NCBI GenBank assembly: GCA_030390025.1
Contig: CM059438.1
Span: forward strand, 61,382,001 to 61,446,000
Direction of reading: 5' to 3'
From: Squalus acanthias
Taxonomy: Eukaryota
DNA: 64,000 nt
The notes below the pieces were generated by a model. It saw only the letters and a list, made by a program, of their open reading frames with translations, had not been told where the DNA came from and did no database searches. How positions within the stretch are numbered: the stretch's first letter is position 1; each line of letters starts with the position of its first letter. This document shows, piece after piece, positions 12,455 through 25,689 of this stretch. The position numbers and the translations under genes are program-made.

Positions 12455-13010
12455 AAGGCCCATTTTTCCTCATCTCAATACCCCCAGGAGGGATACCAAC
12501 TCCCTCCACCCGCCAGAAACCAGGTGGGTACGGGAGCTAACATCAAGGTGCTCTTTCTCTGCTCCGTGGCTATTTTAAAGCCGGGCGTGAGCCTTGTAAT
12601 TTCATGCTAATTGGGGTCCTCTCACATACCTGGGACCCAAGATGGAAGCTCCGCCCACTAGTCACTGTTGGACCAGAACCAGTGACCCTCCAAGGTACGT
12701 GAAAAAATGTATTTTAGTGGGGCCAGGAGGAGCATGTGGACCCCATAGAAATAGTTCGGGTCACTGCTGCCCTGGATTGCTCCCCCCACCCCCCTTCCCC
12801 ACTTCTGCATTCCCGAAACTGTCCTGAAGCCCCTTTCCTCCATTGCCGGTCAAAACTGGCCTGAACCCAGCAAGCCACCTCGAGATGACCGTTTGGGGGA
12901 GGGGCAAGCCACCGGCTCCATTTAGATGGAACGGGCCTCCCGCTGCACCCCCCCCCTCAGGCCACCCACCAGGGCTTTCCGCCCGACCAGGAGTTAAAAT
13001 TTCCTCCTCC
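12455..13010. mobile_element. Decayed non-autonomous DNA element
   Basis: Shares the ggggccaggaggagca..cccca internal motif with 26520-27330 and 35134-35725. Confidence 0.45.
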
Positions 13011-13169
13011 GTGTACACCAGTGTTTTGGGTGCTTTGTTGCAGTAACACTGGGACTCAGGGGCAAGGGGGCTGAGCAGCATGTTGGTTGTAGTGTAAAAA
13101 CGAGCCGGGCGGACATTCTGCTGCAGAGAGCCTGTGCTATAATAGAGCAATCTGTACATGTTTTAATGT

Positions 13170-13735
13170 ACTCCACTCCAGGGACTTGAGCACATAAAGC
13201 TAGGCTGACACACCAGTGCAGTGCTGAGGGGGTGCTGCACTGTCGGAGGTGCCGTCTTTCGGATGAGACGTTAAACCGAGGCCGCGTCAGCCCTCTCAGG
13301 TGGATGTAAAAGATCCCATGGCCACTATTTCGAAGAAGAGCTGGGGAGTTCTCCCCGGTGTCCTGGCCAATATTTATCCCTCAATCAACATAACAAAAAC
13401 AGATTATCTGATCATTATCACATTGCTGTTTGTGGGAGCTTGCTGTGCACAAATTGGCTGCCGCGTTTCCCACATTACAACAGTGGCTTCACTTCAAAAG
13501 TACTTCATTGGCTGTAAAGCACTTTGAGACATCCGGTGGTCGTGAAAGGCGCTATATAAATGTAAGTCTTTCTTTTTTCTTTTAAAGGATGAGGACCATA
13601 CGGTGCTTCAAAATACACGTTTCCCCACATTACATCAGTGACCAGACTTCAACAAGTACTTTATTGGCCATGAAGCACTTTGGGGCATCCTGAGGTCACG
13701 AAAGGCGTCATACAAATGCAAGTTCTTTCTTTTTT
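13170..13735 (+). mobile_element. Deu-domain SINE (5' truncated) plus a second 3' fragment
   Basis: High similarity to 6184-6645. Confidence 0.85.
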
Positions 13736-13833
13736 TTCTAAATCTTGAGCTAAATGATGATGTTAGTGACATTCAGTAGGTCCTGTGGCTTTTGTAAGAC
13801 CAAATATCTGTTAGTAAGGATGGTTGAGATATT

Positions 13834-14466
13834 GGGGGGAAAAATTCAGTTTCTTGGCGCCTGAGGGGCAAAGCAACTAGCACCTGGGCACAGCACCGCT
13901 AACGCCGCCCATGAAATTCAGCAGGAGGTTAGCAGCAGTGGTAGCCGGTAGCGCCCTGCGGTGCTGCGCCTCCGGTGATGACATCATCGCCGTGCGCAGC
14001 GCCCCGATCACGCCCCGGCCGCAAACTTGGCTTGCGGCCCCTGATCTACGAGTGGACGCTGTGTTTTGCAGCCGGGGCGGTGATTATTAAAGAGCAGGTG
14101 CCAGGCGGGCATTTTTTTTGGGCCACCTGCCAGCACCTGCCCCCTCTGGCCTCCTCCTCTTGAGTGCCGGGCTCTTTAGCCGGCACCCCGCTCCCTGGTG
14201 GGCCAGCAGGGCCCCGGTGCGCACTGTGCCAGGCCCCTCCCCTTTAATCAGGGGAGGGAGGTCTGCAGTACCGCGGCGCTACGTGTCGACACACGTGGCG
14301 CTGCTGCACGTAGCACCGCGATATTCAATGGGAGCGCCCCAAGAGGGAGGGGGAGCGCTTCCAGTAGCGCCCCGCCTCCTGCTTGGGGCGCTACCATTGA
14401 ATTTCGGGCGTGGGGGCGCTAACTTTTTCAGGGCACTAAAAGGGGGCGCGAGCCAATTTTCCCCCC
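13834..14466. mobile_element. Non-autonomous Harbinger-type element
   Basis: TIR ggggggaaaa(a)tt / aattttcccccc; ATT/ATT 3-bp TSD; repeated gcgcc subterminal motifs. Confidence 0.8.
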
Positions 14467-14514
14467 ATTGTTTTGTGGCACTCCACTGACAGCCTATTCA
14501 AGAGCAAGAACAGG

Positions 14515-15482
14515 AAGAACAACTCGAATTTCTATAGCGCCTTCAACGTAGAAAACCGACCCAAGGCATTTCAGAGGCATAATCAGACAAAAGTGGACGC
14601 TGAGCCAAAGAAAGAGAAATTCAAAGGCTTGGTTAGAGTCGGGCCTTACAGGAGGAGCGAGAGGTGGAGAGGCTGAGCAGTTTAGGGAGGTAATTCAAGA
14701 GCGTGGGGACGAGGTGGCTGAAGGCACGGCCACCAATGGTGGGGTGAAGGGAAGAATGATACACAAGAGGCCAGAGTTGGAGGAATGCAGAGTTCTGGGG
14801 GCGGGGAATGTTGTAGGGCTGGAGGGGGTTTCAGAGATAGGGATGGGCAAGGCCATGGAGGGATTTCAACACAAGGATGAGAATTTTAAGTTGGAGGCAT
14901 TGGGGAACCAGGAGCTAATGTAGGTCAGCAAGTTCAGGAACGATGAGCGATTGGGGCTTGATGTGGGATAGGATATGGGCTTGGTTTTGGATGAGATGAC
15001 GTTCCTGGAGAGTGAAGAATGGGAGGCTGGACAGGAAAGCATTGTAATAGTTGAACCAGAGGGTAACATTGGCATGGATAAAGGCTGAGGCAGGGATGGA
15101 GGCGGGTGATGTTATGGAGGTGGGAGTAGGACCCTTGTGATGAAAAACACATGGAGTTGGTAGCTCAGCTTGGGGTCGATTAGGACGGTGAGGTTGCAAA
15201 CAGTCTGGTTCAACCTGAGACACTGGTCAGGCAGGGGGATGGAATCAGTGGCTAGGGAAGAAGGGCCTTAAAGGAAGAGAAGAGAGGCGGAGAGGCTGAG
15301 AGGATTAGGGAGGGAATTCCAGAGCGTGGGGCCTAGATGGCTGAAGGCATGGCCCACAATGGTGGGGCGAAGGGAAGGAGGATTCACAAGAGGCCAGGGT
15401 CAGAAGAATGCAGCGTTCCGGGATGGGGGAAGGTTGTAGGGCTGGAGGAGGTTACAAAGATTGGGTTGCGCAAGGCTATGGA
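14515..15482 (-). mobile_element. L2 LINE fragments (internally duplicated)
   Basis: Similar to 37632-38523; segment 14640-14880 recurs at 15260-15482. Confidence 0.75.
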
Positions 15483-16391
15483 CGGGTTGGCCTTGCCCTT
15501 GGCTCCTGCCACAAGATAGCAAGGTCAGGACTGGAGAGATAAAGGCCGTAAAAATCCTCAAGCTGCAACCATGCCGATTATGCCGGAATCATTGGCACAG
15601 TGACTCCCAGCACTGATTCAGCTGGAGATTGTGGAATCAGCGAGAGGGTCCTTAATTTACATGGGGTGGGTACTGCAGGCGCATCTCTGGAGCCCGCCTG
15701 CCCCACGCCACAAAAGCCAACACATGCCTGACATGAAGGCGGAGTGTTTCCCCAGACCCCACGCTACATCACTTTTGGGGCAGCCATGTCGCTGGCCTGG
15801 CCTGGATACCTCAGTGAGGCCTGCTTATGCCCATCCCAATGCTGGCACACCTCATCTAACTGGCTGTACCAGTCTCTGATACTGCATCCCCCACTGAGCT
15901 GGAGAAGCATGAACACCACATTGTACAGTCTCCACCAGCTCTGCTCCTGTTGATATTTGCCTTGCAAGGGAGCAGTCAGAGATTCCGCCCCTTACAAGGC
16001 GGGTCGGAAAATTCTGGAAGCAGCGGAGTCCCAGCACAATCGGGACCCTGCCTCTTTTCTGGTGGGTTCTGCTGGTCTCCTGCCGGAGTTATGGCCGGAC
16101 TCCATCTGAACCTCTCACCCCCCCAACCCACTACCCTGAGGAAATTGGCAGCCCGAGTTTGTGAGTAGGGAGGGTGAAGTTGTGAACAGTGAGATTGGGG
16201 GTCAGATAAACTGAGGCCTGTACCAGGGAGGTCAAGATCATGGCCAGAGAGGTCAAGAGTGGAAAGACCAAGTTCGGGACAGTGACACTGAGGTCAGAGC
16301 CACAATAGCTGAGGTGGGGGAGAGTAGAAAGACTGAGATCAACAGCCAAGATGGCATGGTCAGGGCAATAGGACCAAACTGGGGACAATGA

Positions 16392-18345
16392 GAAGGTGGT
16401 GGTGAGCCACCTTCTTGAACTGCTGCAGTCCTTGTGGTGAAGGTACTCCCACAGTGCTGTTAGGGAGGGAGTTCCAGAATTTTGACCCAGCAACGAGGAA
16501 GGATCAGCGATATATTTCCAAGTCAGGATGGTGTGTGACTTGGAGGGGAGCTTCCAGGTGATGGTGTTCCCATGCGCCTGCTGCCTTTGTCCTGCTAAAT
16601 GGTAGAGGTCGTGGGTTTGGGAGGTGCTGTCGAAGAAGCCTTGGCGAGTTGCTGCAGTGTATCTTGTAGATGGTACACACTGCAGCCACGGTGCACCGGT
16701 GGTGGAGGGAGTGAATGTTTAAGATGATGGATGGGGTGCCAATCAAGCGGGCTGCTTTGTACTGGATGGTGTCGAGCTTCTTGAGTATTGTTGGAACTGC
16801 ACTCAGGCAAGTGGAGAGTATTCCATCACACTCCTGACTTGTGCCTCGTAGATGGTGGAAAGGCTTTGGGGAGTCAGGAGGTGAGACACTCACCACAGTA
16901 TACCCAGCCTCTGACCTGCTCTTGTGGCCACAGTATTTATGTGGCTGATCCAGTTAATTTTCTGGTCAATGGTGACCCCCAGGATGTTGATGGTGGGGGA
17001 TTCGGCAATGGTTATGCCATTGAATGTCAAGCGGCGGTGGTTAGACTCTTGCTTGTTGGAGATAGTAATTGCCTGGCACTTGCGTGGTGCAAATGTTACT
17101 TGCCACTTATCAGCTCAAGCCTGAATGTCTTCCGGGTCTTGCTGCATGCGACCATGGACTGCTTCATTATCTGAGGAGTTGTGACTGGAACTGAACACTG
17201 TGAAATCATCAGCGAACATCCCCACTTCTGACCTTATGATGGAGGGAAGGTCATTGATGAAGCAGCTTAAGATGGTTGGGCCTAGGACACTTCCCTGAGG
17301 AACTCCTGCAGCGATGTCCTGTGGCTGTGATGATTGACCTTCAACCACCACAACCATCTTCCTTTGTGCTAGGTATGACTCCAGCCAGTGGAGAGATTTC
17401 CCCCCTGATTCCCATTGACTTCAGTTTTACTAGGGCTCCTTGATGCCACACTCGGTCAAATGCTGCCTTGATGTCAAGGGCAGTCACTCTCACCTCACCT
17501 CTGGAATTCAGCTCTTTTGTCCACGTTTCAACCAAGGCTGTAATGAGGTCTGGAGCTGAGTGGTCCTGGCAGAACCCAAACTGAGCATCGGTGAGCAGGT
17601 TATTGGTGAGTAAGTGGCACTTGACAGCACTGTCGACGACACCTTCCATCACTTCACTGATGCTTGAGAGTAGACTGATGGGGCGGTAATTGGCTGGATT
17701 GGATTTGTCCTGGTTTTTGTGGACAGGACATACCTGGGCAGTTTCCCACGTTGTCAGGTAGATGCAAGTGTTGTAGCTGTACTGGAACACCTTGACTAGA
17801 GGCGCAACTAGTTCTGGAGCACAAGTCTTCAGCACAACAGCCGGGATGTTGTCAGGGATGTTGTAGCCTTTGCTGTATCCGGTGCGCTCAGCCATTTCTT
17901 GATATCACGTGGAGTGAATCGAATTGGCTAAAGACTGGCTTCAGTGATGGTGGGAACCTCAGGAGGAGGCCGATATGGATCATCCACTCGGCACTTCTGG
18001 CTGAAAATGTTTGCAAACACTTCAGCCTTGTCTTTTGCACTCACGTGCTGGGCTCTGCCATCAGTGAGGATGGGGATATTCATGGAGCCTCCTCCTCCCG
18101 TTAGTTGTTTAATGGTCCACCACCATTCACGACTGGATGTGGCAGGACTACAGAGCTTTGATCCGATCCGTTGATTGCGGGATCGCTTAGCCCTGTCTAT
18201 AGCATGCTGCTTCCGCTGTTTAGCATGCATGTAGTCCTGTGTTGCAGCTTGCCCAGGTTGGCACCTCATTTTTAGGTACGCCTGGTGCGGTTCCTGGTAT
18301 GCTCTCCCGCACTCCTCATTGAACCAGGGATGGTCCCCTGGCCGG
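16392..18345 (-). mobile_element. CR1-clade LINE lineage B, reverse transcriptase region
   Basis: PDNIPAVVLKTCAPEL, NYRPISLLS, QFGF, LDIKAAFDRVWH, GVPQGSVLGP, MFADD. Confidence 0.92.
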
Positions 18346-18510
18346 GATATATTAATGATCCGGTGGTTACCACCGACTGATTGGATGTCTGGGAATGGAT
18401 AGTCATAGATGCGCACTTATATATCTACTGACTGAGATCTGTGCATTGTGTCTATTTTGTGTGTGCATGTGAATGTGCCTTGGTACATTCTATCTATGTC
18501 AAAGGAGTTA

Positions 18511-18954
18511 TTAGTCATGGTTCAGTTGGTTGCACTCTCGCCTGAGTCAGAAGGTTGTGCGTTCAAGCCCCACTCCAGAGACTTGAGCACAAAATCTATG
18601 CTGACAATCCAGTACAGTACTGAGGGAGTGCTGCACTGTCGGAGGTGCCGTCTTTCGGATGAAGCGTTAAACCGTGGCCCTGTCTGCCCTCTCAGGTAGA
18701 CGTAAAAGATCCTATGGTGCTATTGGAAGAGCTGGGGTGTTCTCCCTGGTGTCCTGGTCAACATTTATCCCTCAACCAACACCTAAAAAAAGATTATCTG
18801 GTCATTATCACATTGCTGTTTGTGGGAGCTTGCTGTGCGCAAATTGGCTGCTGTGTTTCCCTACATTACAACTGTGACTGCACTTCAAAAAGTACTTCAT
18901 TGGATGTAAAGCCTTTTGGGACATCCTGAGGTCGTGAAAGACGCTATAGAAATA
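18511..18954 (+). mobile_element. Deu-domain SINE
   Basis: Similar to 6184-6645. Confidence 0.85.
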
Positions 18955-19921
18955 TAAAATAAAAACAGAAAATGCTGGAAATACTCAGCAGGTCAGGCAG
19001 CATCTGTGGAGAGAGAAACAGAGTTAACGTTTCAGGTCGATGACCCTTCGTCAGAACTGGAAAAAGCTGGAGATCGAACAGGTTTTTAAGCAAGTGCAGG
19101 GGCAGGGAAAGGGGGGAGGGGAGGAAAGAACAAAAGGGAAGGTCTGTGGACAGGGTACTGGATTTGGATGATCAGCCATGATCGTATTGAATGGTGGAGC
19201 AGGCTCGACGGGCCGAATGGCCTACTCCTGCTCCTAGATTCTATGTTTCTATGTTTCTATGTGATAGGATGGAAGGCAGGAGAGATTAAGAGACATTAAG
19301 AGATGGTGCAAGGCAAAAGGAGATGGTAATGGGACAAGTTAAGAAACAAAAGATGGCTCTAGATGGAAGGCAGGAGAGATTAAGAGACATTACGAGACAT
19401 TAAGAGATGGTGCAAGGCAAAAGGAGATGGTAATGGGACAAGTTAAGAAACAAAAGATGGCTCTAGATGAAGTGTAAATGGCAGAATGAAAGACAGCTGC
19501 CATATGGGAGAGAGAAAAAAATAAAATAAAAAATAAAAATAATCAAATAATAAATAAAATAAATGGAAAAAAAAGAATAGGGGCGGAGGTTATGGTCTGA
19601 AATTGTTGAACTCTATGTTGAGTCCAGAAGGCTGTAAAGTGCCTAATCGAAAGATGAGGTGCTGTTCCTCAAGCTTACATTGAGCTTCATTGGAACAGTG
19701 TAAGAGGCCGAGGACGGTGAGGTCTGAGTGGGAGTGGAGCGGAGAATTAAAGTGACAGGCGACCGGAAACTCGGGGTCACCCTTATGGACTGAACAGAGG
19801 TGTTCCGCAAAGCGGTCACCCAATCTGCGTTTGGTCTCCCCAATGTAGAGGAGACCGCATCATGAGCAGCGAATACAGTATACTAAATTGCAAGAAGTAG
19901 AAGTAAATCGCTGTTTCACCC
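18955..19921 (-). mobile_element. Penelope-like element (family B): GIY-YIG endonuclease end plus 3' UTR, with a CR1 tail inserted at ~19148-19260
   Basis: YIGET..RLGDRFAEHL..PVACHFNS..GLNIEF; hammerhead at 19022-19058. Confidence 0.88.
19022..19058 (-). ncRNA. Minimal hammerhead ribozyme motif
   Basis: agtt CTGACGA A gggtc-atc-gacct GAAA cgtt aact on the minus strand. Confidence 0.7.
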
Positions 19922-21657
19922 AGGACCATAGAAATATAAGTTGTTGTGTGTATGAGTGTATGCCTGTGGTTGTGTGTAAGCACGCCTTTATGTACCTGTG
20001 TTTGTGTTTGAGTCTGTGCGTGAACGTGAATGTTTATATGTGCGTGTTATGCTTGTTTATGTGTATGTTTGCAGCGTACGTGCAGGTTCATACTTGCGCG
20101 TGTGTGTGCGCACGTGTTCCCGATCTAGAAAGTGGTCTGGGTCTGCACTGAGAGTGGGGATGGGGAGGACTTACCGTTTCGATTGACTGCATTCGTCAGG
20201 CCTTTGGCTGGATGGCTGGTGTCTGAAACAGAGAGGGGCAGACAGCAGGGGGTTTGGCAGAATAATTAGCAAGACGTTCCAGCCAAAAGGCGTCTTGTCC
20301 AAAAGAACATGTTGAGAAATTGACATAATCGTGAAGGAGCCAACTGAGGGGGGGTTGGAGAGTGATGTCACCAGATGATGTCACCCTGGTAGGGCACCTC
20401 TCCGGAGGCTGAGAAGGCAGCGGCCAGCAGCCAAATGCCATAAAGAACTGCTTCTGCCTCATAAAGCCCTAGGAACTGAATGGCCTCTTGTTTTTGTAGA
20501 GAGTGTTTATTGAGACAGGGCAAGGAATAAATTGTTATCCTTACTTAATGTTGCTTAAAATTGGGCTTTGCTCTCAGGATAAGTGAGGCTGTTCCTCTGT
20601 CTCATTCCATTAAAAAAGAACTGGGTGTGAAGTATTACATCAGTTAATTGGCTTTCAGTGAGAAAATTCTGGACCCAGAGCTGTTAACTCATCGGTGCCC
20701 CTGAGGCTGCCTTTCAACGTCACCCTTTAACCCTTTAACCGCCAGAAGTCTCACTCAGCAAGGCTTGTCTTAAAGGCCACTGGCATCAGTCACCCCCCCC
20801 CCCCCCCCCCCCACACGGGATCAGTGCTGATTGGAAGCAAAAAGGCTAAAATAATCTGAATTTGTGCCAGGCTTGATAAATAAACTACACAATTCCAAGA
20901 CAGCCCGGTTATAAAACATGTGCTGGAATAGCAAGCTCCGGCTACTTATTCCTGATACGGAACACGCTGGCATTTCCCTCCTAAGAAGGTCTTCTCTCCC
21001 GCTGCCGTGGGGAGATGGTCAAGCCCGATATTCTTCGGGTGTGGAACAGCCCACGGCTTCCCTCCAGATGGACCACTCCAGTTCTACCCCTCGTTAAAAT
21101 CGTTTCCTCCTCTCCTACCCTCTCACAATGAATCATTCCATTGCCGCACTCTGTCGCTGCCCTGTGCCCCCCCCCCCCCCGTAACAGCTGGGCGGAAGCC
21201 TGGAAAGGGCTGCCCGGTTACAACAGGTGATGATGCCGGGTTGCATGCTGTGAGGGTGAGGGGCAGCAGATCCAGACCAGGCAAAAGCACCTCCGCTAGC
21301 TCGCTAGCTTCCCAGTAAAATGCCACCGCACAGCTGGAGGTGTTACATTGTTCTCTGAGCGTCCTTACCTCAGCGATCCCAGCTTCTTGGAATAAAACAT
21401 TCAGCAACACACTTCCTGCCAGCCGATCGGCGTGATGCATGTAACATGGCAGACTGTGTGACTGGGAGCCGCTCTCTGGGTAGAGCAGCGGCCAAAAGAA
21501 GCCAGGTGTCTGGCACAGTCACTCCCAGCAGCTGCAAGTACAGCAGTAAAGAGCCGCTTCCTATGAAGAAAATTAGATCGTGCTTTCTTCAAAATGTGCT
21601 TGTTTTCAACTTAAATATAAAAATTAGTTTTGAGAAATCGCAAACATCCCATAATTT

Positions 21658-21866
21658 AATTATGATGTGGAGATGCCGGTGTTGGACTGGGGTGGACAAA
21701 TGTGAGAAGTCGCACAACACCAGGTTACAGTCCAACAGCTTTATTTGAAATCACAAGCTTTCCCAGTGCTGCTCCTTCGTCAGGTGAAGTGAAGAGATGC
21801 ATATAGGCACAGCATATATAGTCTCACATTTGTCCACCCCAGTCCAACACCGGCATCTCCACATCA
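21658..21866 (-). mobile_element. Penelope-like family A 3' end with an inverted 3' fragment
   Basis: ~45-bp perfect inverted arms 21662-21707/21822-21866; damaged hammerhead at 21751-21787. Confidence 0.75.
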
Positions 21867-22177
21867 CGGTGGCATAGTGGTTAGCACTGTTGCCTCACAG
21901 CGCCAGGGACCCGGGTTCGAATCCGGCCTCGGGTGACTGTCTGTGTGGAGTTTGCACATTCTCCCCGTGTCTGCGTGGGTTTCCTCCGGGTGCTCCGGTT
22001 TCCTCCCACAGTCCAAAGATGTGCGGGTTAGGTTGATTTGGCTATGATAAATTGACCCTTAGTGTTAGGGGGGATTAAATACGTGGGGTTACGGGGATAG
22101 GGTGGGATATGTGTTGGTGTAGGCTCGATGGGCCGAAATGGCCTCTATCTGCACTGTGGGGATTCTGTGATTCTGTG
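21867..22177 (+). mobile_element. HE1-type V-SINE
   Basis: tRNA-like A/B boxes, V-domain tgtggagtttgcacattctccccgtgtctgcgtgggtttcctccggg, CR1-like tail; atca TSD. Confidence 0.9.
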
Positions 22178-22549
22178 ATCATAATTAATTAGGTACGGGG
22201 CAATAGGTGTGGCCTTTTGTCATTGAACAATCTGTGTACAACGTTCGCTGACGTGTGTAAGGCTAAGAGTTATTCACAATAGATTTTGTTTCCCCTCAAT
22301 GAGAAGGGAATGAGAGGGTGAGGCTCCTTCTCTCCCATCATTCTCCTATAACTCTCTGTGGTCAGTTTAAGAGCAGTGTTGACAGGAGGCCTTGGAGTAT
22401 TACCTTCCAATCTCTATGCTGGGAATTCTAGCATGGTCTGAGGCGATCAAAAGTCGGGATTAATACTGTAATATGGATACCCCTAAAGCAGCACAGCCAT
22501 GGAGAAGAGCCTGGGCAGACAGGGACAAAGGTCTCAAGCGCAGGCAGCT

Positions 22550-23440
22550 TATGATTCATCAATGACCTTCCCTTGATCATAAGGTCAGAAATGGGGATGT
22601 TCGCTAATGATTGCAGTGTTCAGTTCCATTCGCGATTCCTCAGATAATGAAGTAGTCCGTGCCCGCATGCAGCAAGACCTGGACAACATCCAATCTTGGG
22701 CTGATAAGTGGCAAGTAACATTCGTGCCACACAAGTGCCAGGCAATGCCCATCTCCAACAAGAGAGAGTCTAACCATCTCCCCTTGACATTCAATGGCAT
22801 TACCCTTGCCGAATCCTCCACCATCAACTTCCTGGGGTCACCATTGACCAGAAACTTAACTGGACCAGCCACATATGCAGTGGCTACAAGAGCAGGTCAG
22901 AGGCTGGGTATTCTGCGATGAGTGGCTCACCTCCTGACTCCCCAAAGCCTTTCCACCAGCTACAAGGCACAAGTCAGGAATGTGATGGAATATTCTTCAC
23001 TAGCCTGGACGGGTGCTGTTTTAACAACACTCAAGAAGCTTGACAATATCCAGAACAAAGCAGCCCACTTGATCGGCACCCCATGCAGTGGCTTAAACAT
23101 CCACTCCCTTCACCACCGGCACACCGTGGCTGCAGTGTGTACTGTCTAAAGGATACACTGCACCAACTCGCCAAGGCTTCTTCGGCAGCACCTCCCAAAC
23201 CCGCAACCGCTACCACCTAGAAGGACAAGGGCAGCAAGTGCATGGGAACACCACCACCTCCAAGTCATACACCATCCTGACTTGGACATATATTACCATT
23301 CCTTCATCGTCGCTGGGTCAAAATCCTGGAACTCCCTAACAGCACACCACACGGACTGCAGCGGTTCACGAAGGAGGTCCACCACCACTTTATTGAGGCA
23401 ACTAGGGATGGGCAACAAATGCATCCCAGGGCCATATCCC
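22550..23440 (+). mobile_element. CR1-clade LINE lineage B 3' part
   Basis: MQQDLDNIQSWADKWQVTF, YKAQVRNVMEY; homologous to 16392-17260. Confidence 0.9.
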
Positions 23441-23736
23441 AAGAAGGAAGAAAAAGTCACACTCATTTTCATATCCCACCTTAGCACTTTTCAAATCTTT
23501 GGATATCCTTTCATACTCTCTTGGTGCATGACTTCATGATGACCTCCTATATGATGGCATCGCACTCCTGCTTCATCCTTTCGCCATTCATAAATGACAG
23601 TCTGTTCCGTAGAAAGCACTTTGCAACTTCCTCTAATTGTCTACTGTGATCTTCAGATTTTAATGGATAAATCTTGGTTTCTGGTGTGCAACTTCTGCAC
23701 CTCTCTCCATCTCCTGCAGAAGTGGCACGCTCCATA

Positions 23737-24100
23737 GTTAGTGTCCAAAATTATGAGGGGTTTTGATAGAGTAAATCAGGAGAAACTGTTTCCACTGGCA
23801 GGAGGGTCGGTATCCAGAGGACACAGATTTAAAATAATTGGCAAGAGAACCAGTGGGGAGATGAGGTGAAATTTTTATGCCACGAGTTGTTATGATCTGG
23901 AATGCACTGTCTGAAAGGGCGGTGGAAGCAGGTTCAACAGTAACTTTCAACAGGGAATTGGATAAATACTTGAAAAGAACAAAATGCAGGGCTAAGGGCA
24001 GGGGAGTGGGACTAATTGGAGAGCTCTTTCAAAGAGCCAGCACAGGCGCGATGGGCCAAATGGCCTGCTTCTGTGCTGTATGATTCTACGATGATTCTAT
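23737..24100 (+). mobile_element. CR1 LINE 3' fragment
   Basis: RGHRFKI..RVVMIWNAL; (gattcta)n tail. Confidence 0.88.
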
Positions 24101-24829
24101 GGATTGGTTCATAATACACTGGTTAAGTGGCTGTGATCGAGTTCAGCAGTATTCTTGCAGGTGCTTTCCAATTGGCCACTCAGTTGTGCTTCCTTTTTAG
24201 CGCGCCTTACCACATCCGAACTTCGAGAAAGAGCTCAGGGTAAAGCTGTGTGTTGAAAAAAAGCAAAAAACTGTTAACTCTCCTACCTGTGTGCTGAGAG
24301 GAATTTCAGCCCCTTGAACTCCACCTGTTTTCTCCCCTGCTGTGTTAGTTTGGCAGTGCCATGGAGGAGCTTCCCTTCCTATACACGTTCTGACAAAGGG
24401 AAAGCCAACAGAAAGGGTAAGCTGTCCTTTCCTTTTACTAAAGCTGATGAAACTGCTGTGTACTTTTAGCATTTTCTGTCTTTATTTCAGATTTCTAGTA
24501 TTCACAGTTTTTTTTTCTTTTTATCTCTTGGGTTTTATTATTTTTACACTTTCCAGCCACCGGACTTGGCATCTCACCGTGAGGTCAGACCAAGAGCTCG
24601 CTGCCATGGAGAATGGCATAAACATTGAAAACACAAGAAGTGAAAGAAGACCACAGAGGAAGAATGAAAGACATTGAGAATAGGAAAAGAGGAAATGTAT
24701 TTTTGTCTTTATTTTTTTTTTCTAATTCCTCGATACACCAGTTCCAAAAAGAGAGAGCAATTGTGCGGGATGGGATGCCTGCTCCCCACCATTGGAAATT
24801 CCATCATTGGCGACCCACCCCCTGAATGT

Positions 24830-25272
24830 TACCACTTTATCATCCCTGTGCTCGTTGACCAACATTGGTTCCAGGTTCAGCAACACCTCAAATTTAAAAT
24901 TTTCATCCTTGTGTTCAAATCCCTCCATGGCCTCGCCCCTCCTTTCTCTGTAACCTCCTCCAGCCCGACAACCCTCCGAGTCCTCTGCACTCCTCCAACT
25001 CTGGCCTCTTGTGCATTTCCAATTTCCTTCACCCCACCATTTTTGGCCGTGTCTTCAGCTGTCTCAGTCCTAAGATCTGGAATTCCCTCCCTAAATCTCT
25101 TTGCCTTTCTACCTCTCTCTCCTCCTTTAAGATGCTCCTTAAATCCTACCTCTTTGACCAGCTTTTGTTTATCTGTCCTAATATGTCCTTATGTGTCTGA
25201 TTAAGCTCCCGTGAAAGCCATGGTACGTTTTTACTATGTTAAAGGCGCTATATAAATGCAGGTTGTTGTTGT
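24830..25272 (+). mobile_element. L2 LINE 3' fragment
   Basis: FKIFILVFKSLHGLAP; (gtt)n tail. Confidence 0.85.
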
Positions 25273-25689
25273 CGCTTTCTCTTGATGTATCTTGGGCCTT
25301 GCCGGGTACACGTTGGCCTAACCAGGATGATGAGCGTTGGGGAAGCGCACATCACAGTGACTCATCAGTACAACACGTTACTGGAATGTTCGAAATGTGA
25401 AGGTCAACATAATCTTTCAAAAGAAATTTTAAATGATCATTTTTATTTTTGATGCGCATTCTTTGCAGATTGGACGCAACCTTCACCACTCAGAAAGTAT
25501 GTGATTTAAATTACTCTGTCACTGAGACAAAAAATCCAATAAGCCAGGTAAGCAACTCTGAAGGCTGCGTGCAAGATAAAAGGAAACTGTTTAGACTGTG
25601 CCTTCAGTATTGGAGCAAAGGCCTTGTATTTTTTGAACTCCCTTCAATCCCTGGACTTGTATTGAAAGCCTAGTCTGTTCTGTGGCAAC

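Noticed and set aside
20793..20812. Poly-C tract as a functional G-quadruplex element
   Set aside because: A simple homopolymer with no supporting context, and prone to sequencing error
24557..24680. Plus-strand exon after a strong tttccag acceptor
   Set aside because: No convincing donor or partner exons; the short ORF is unrecognisable
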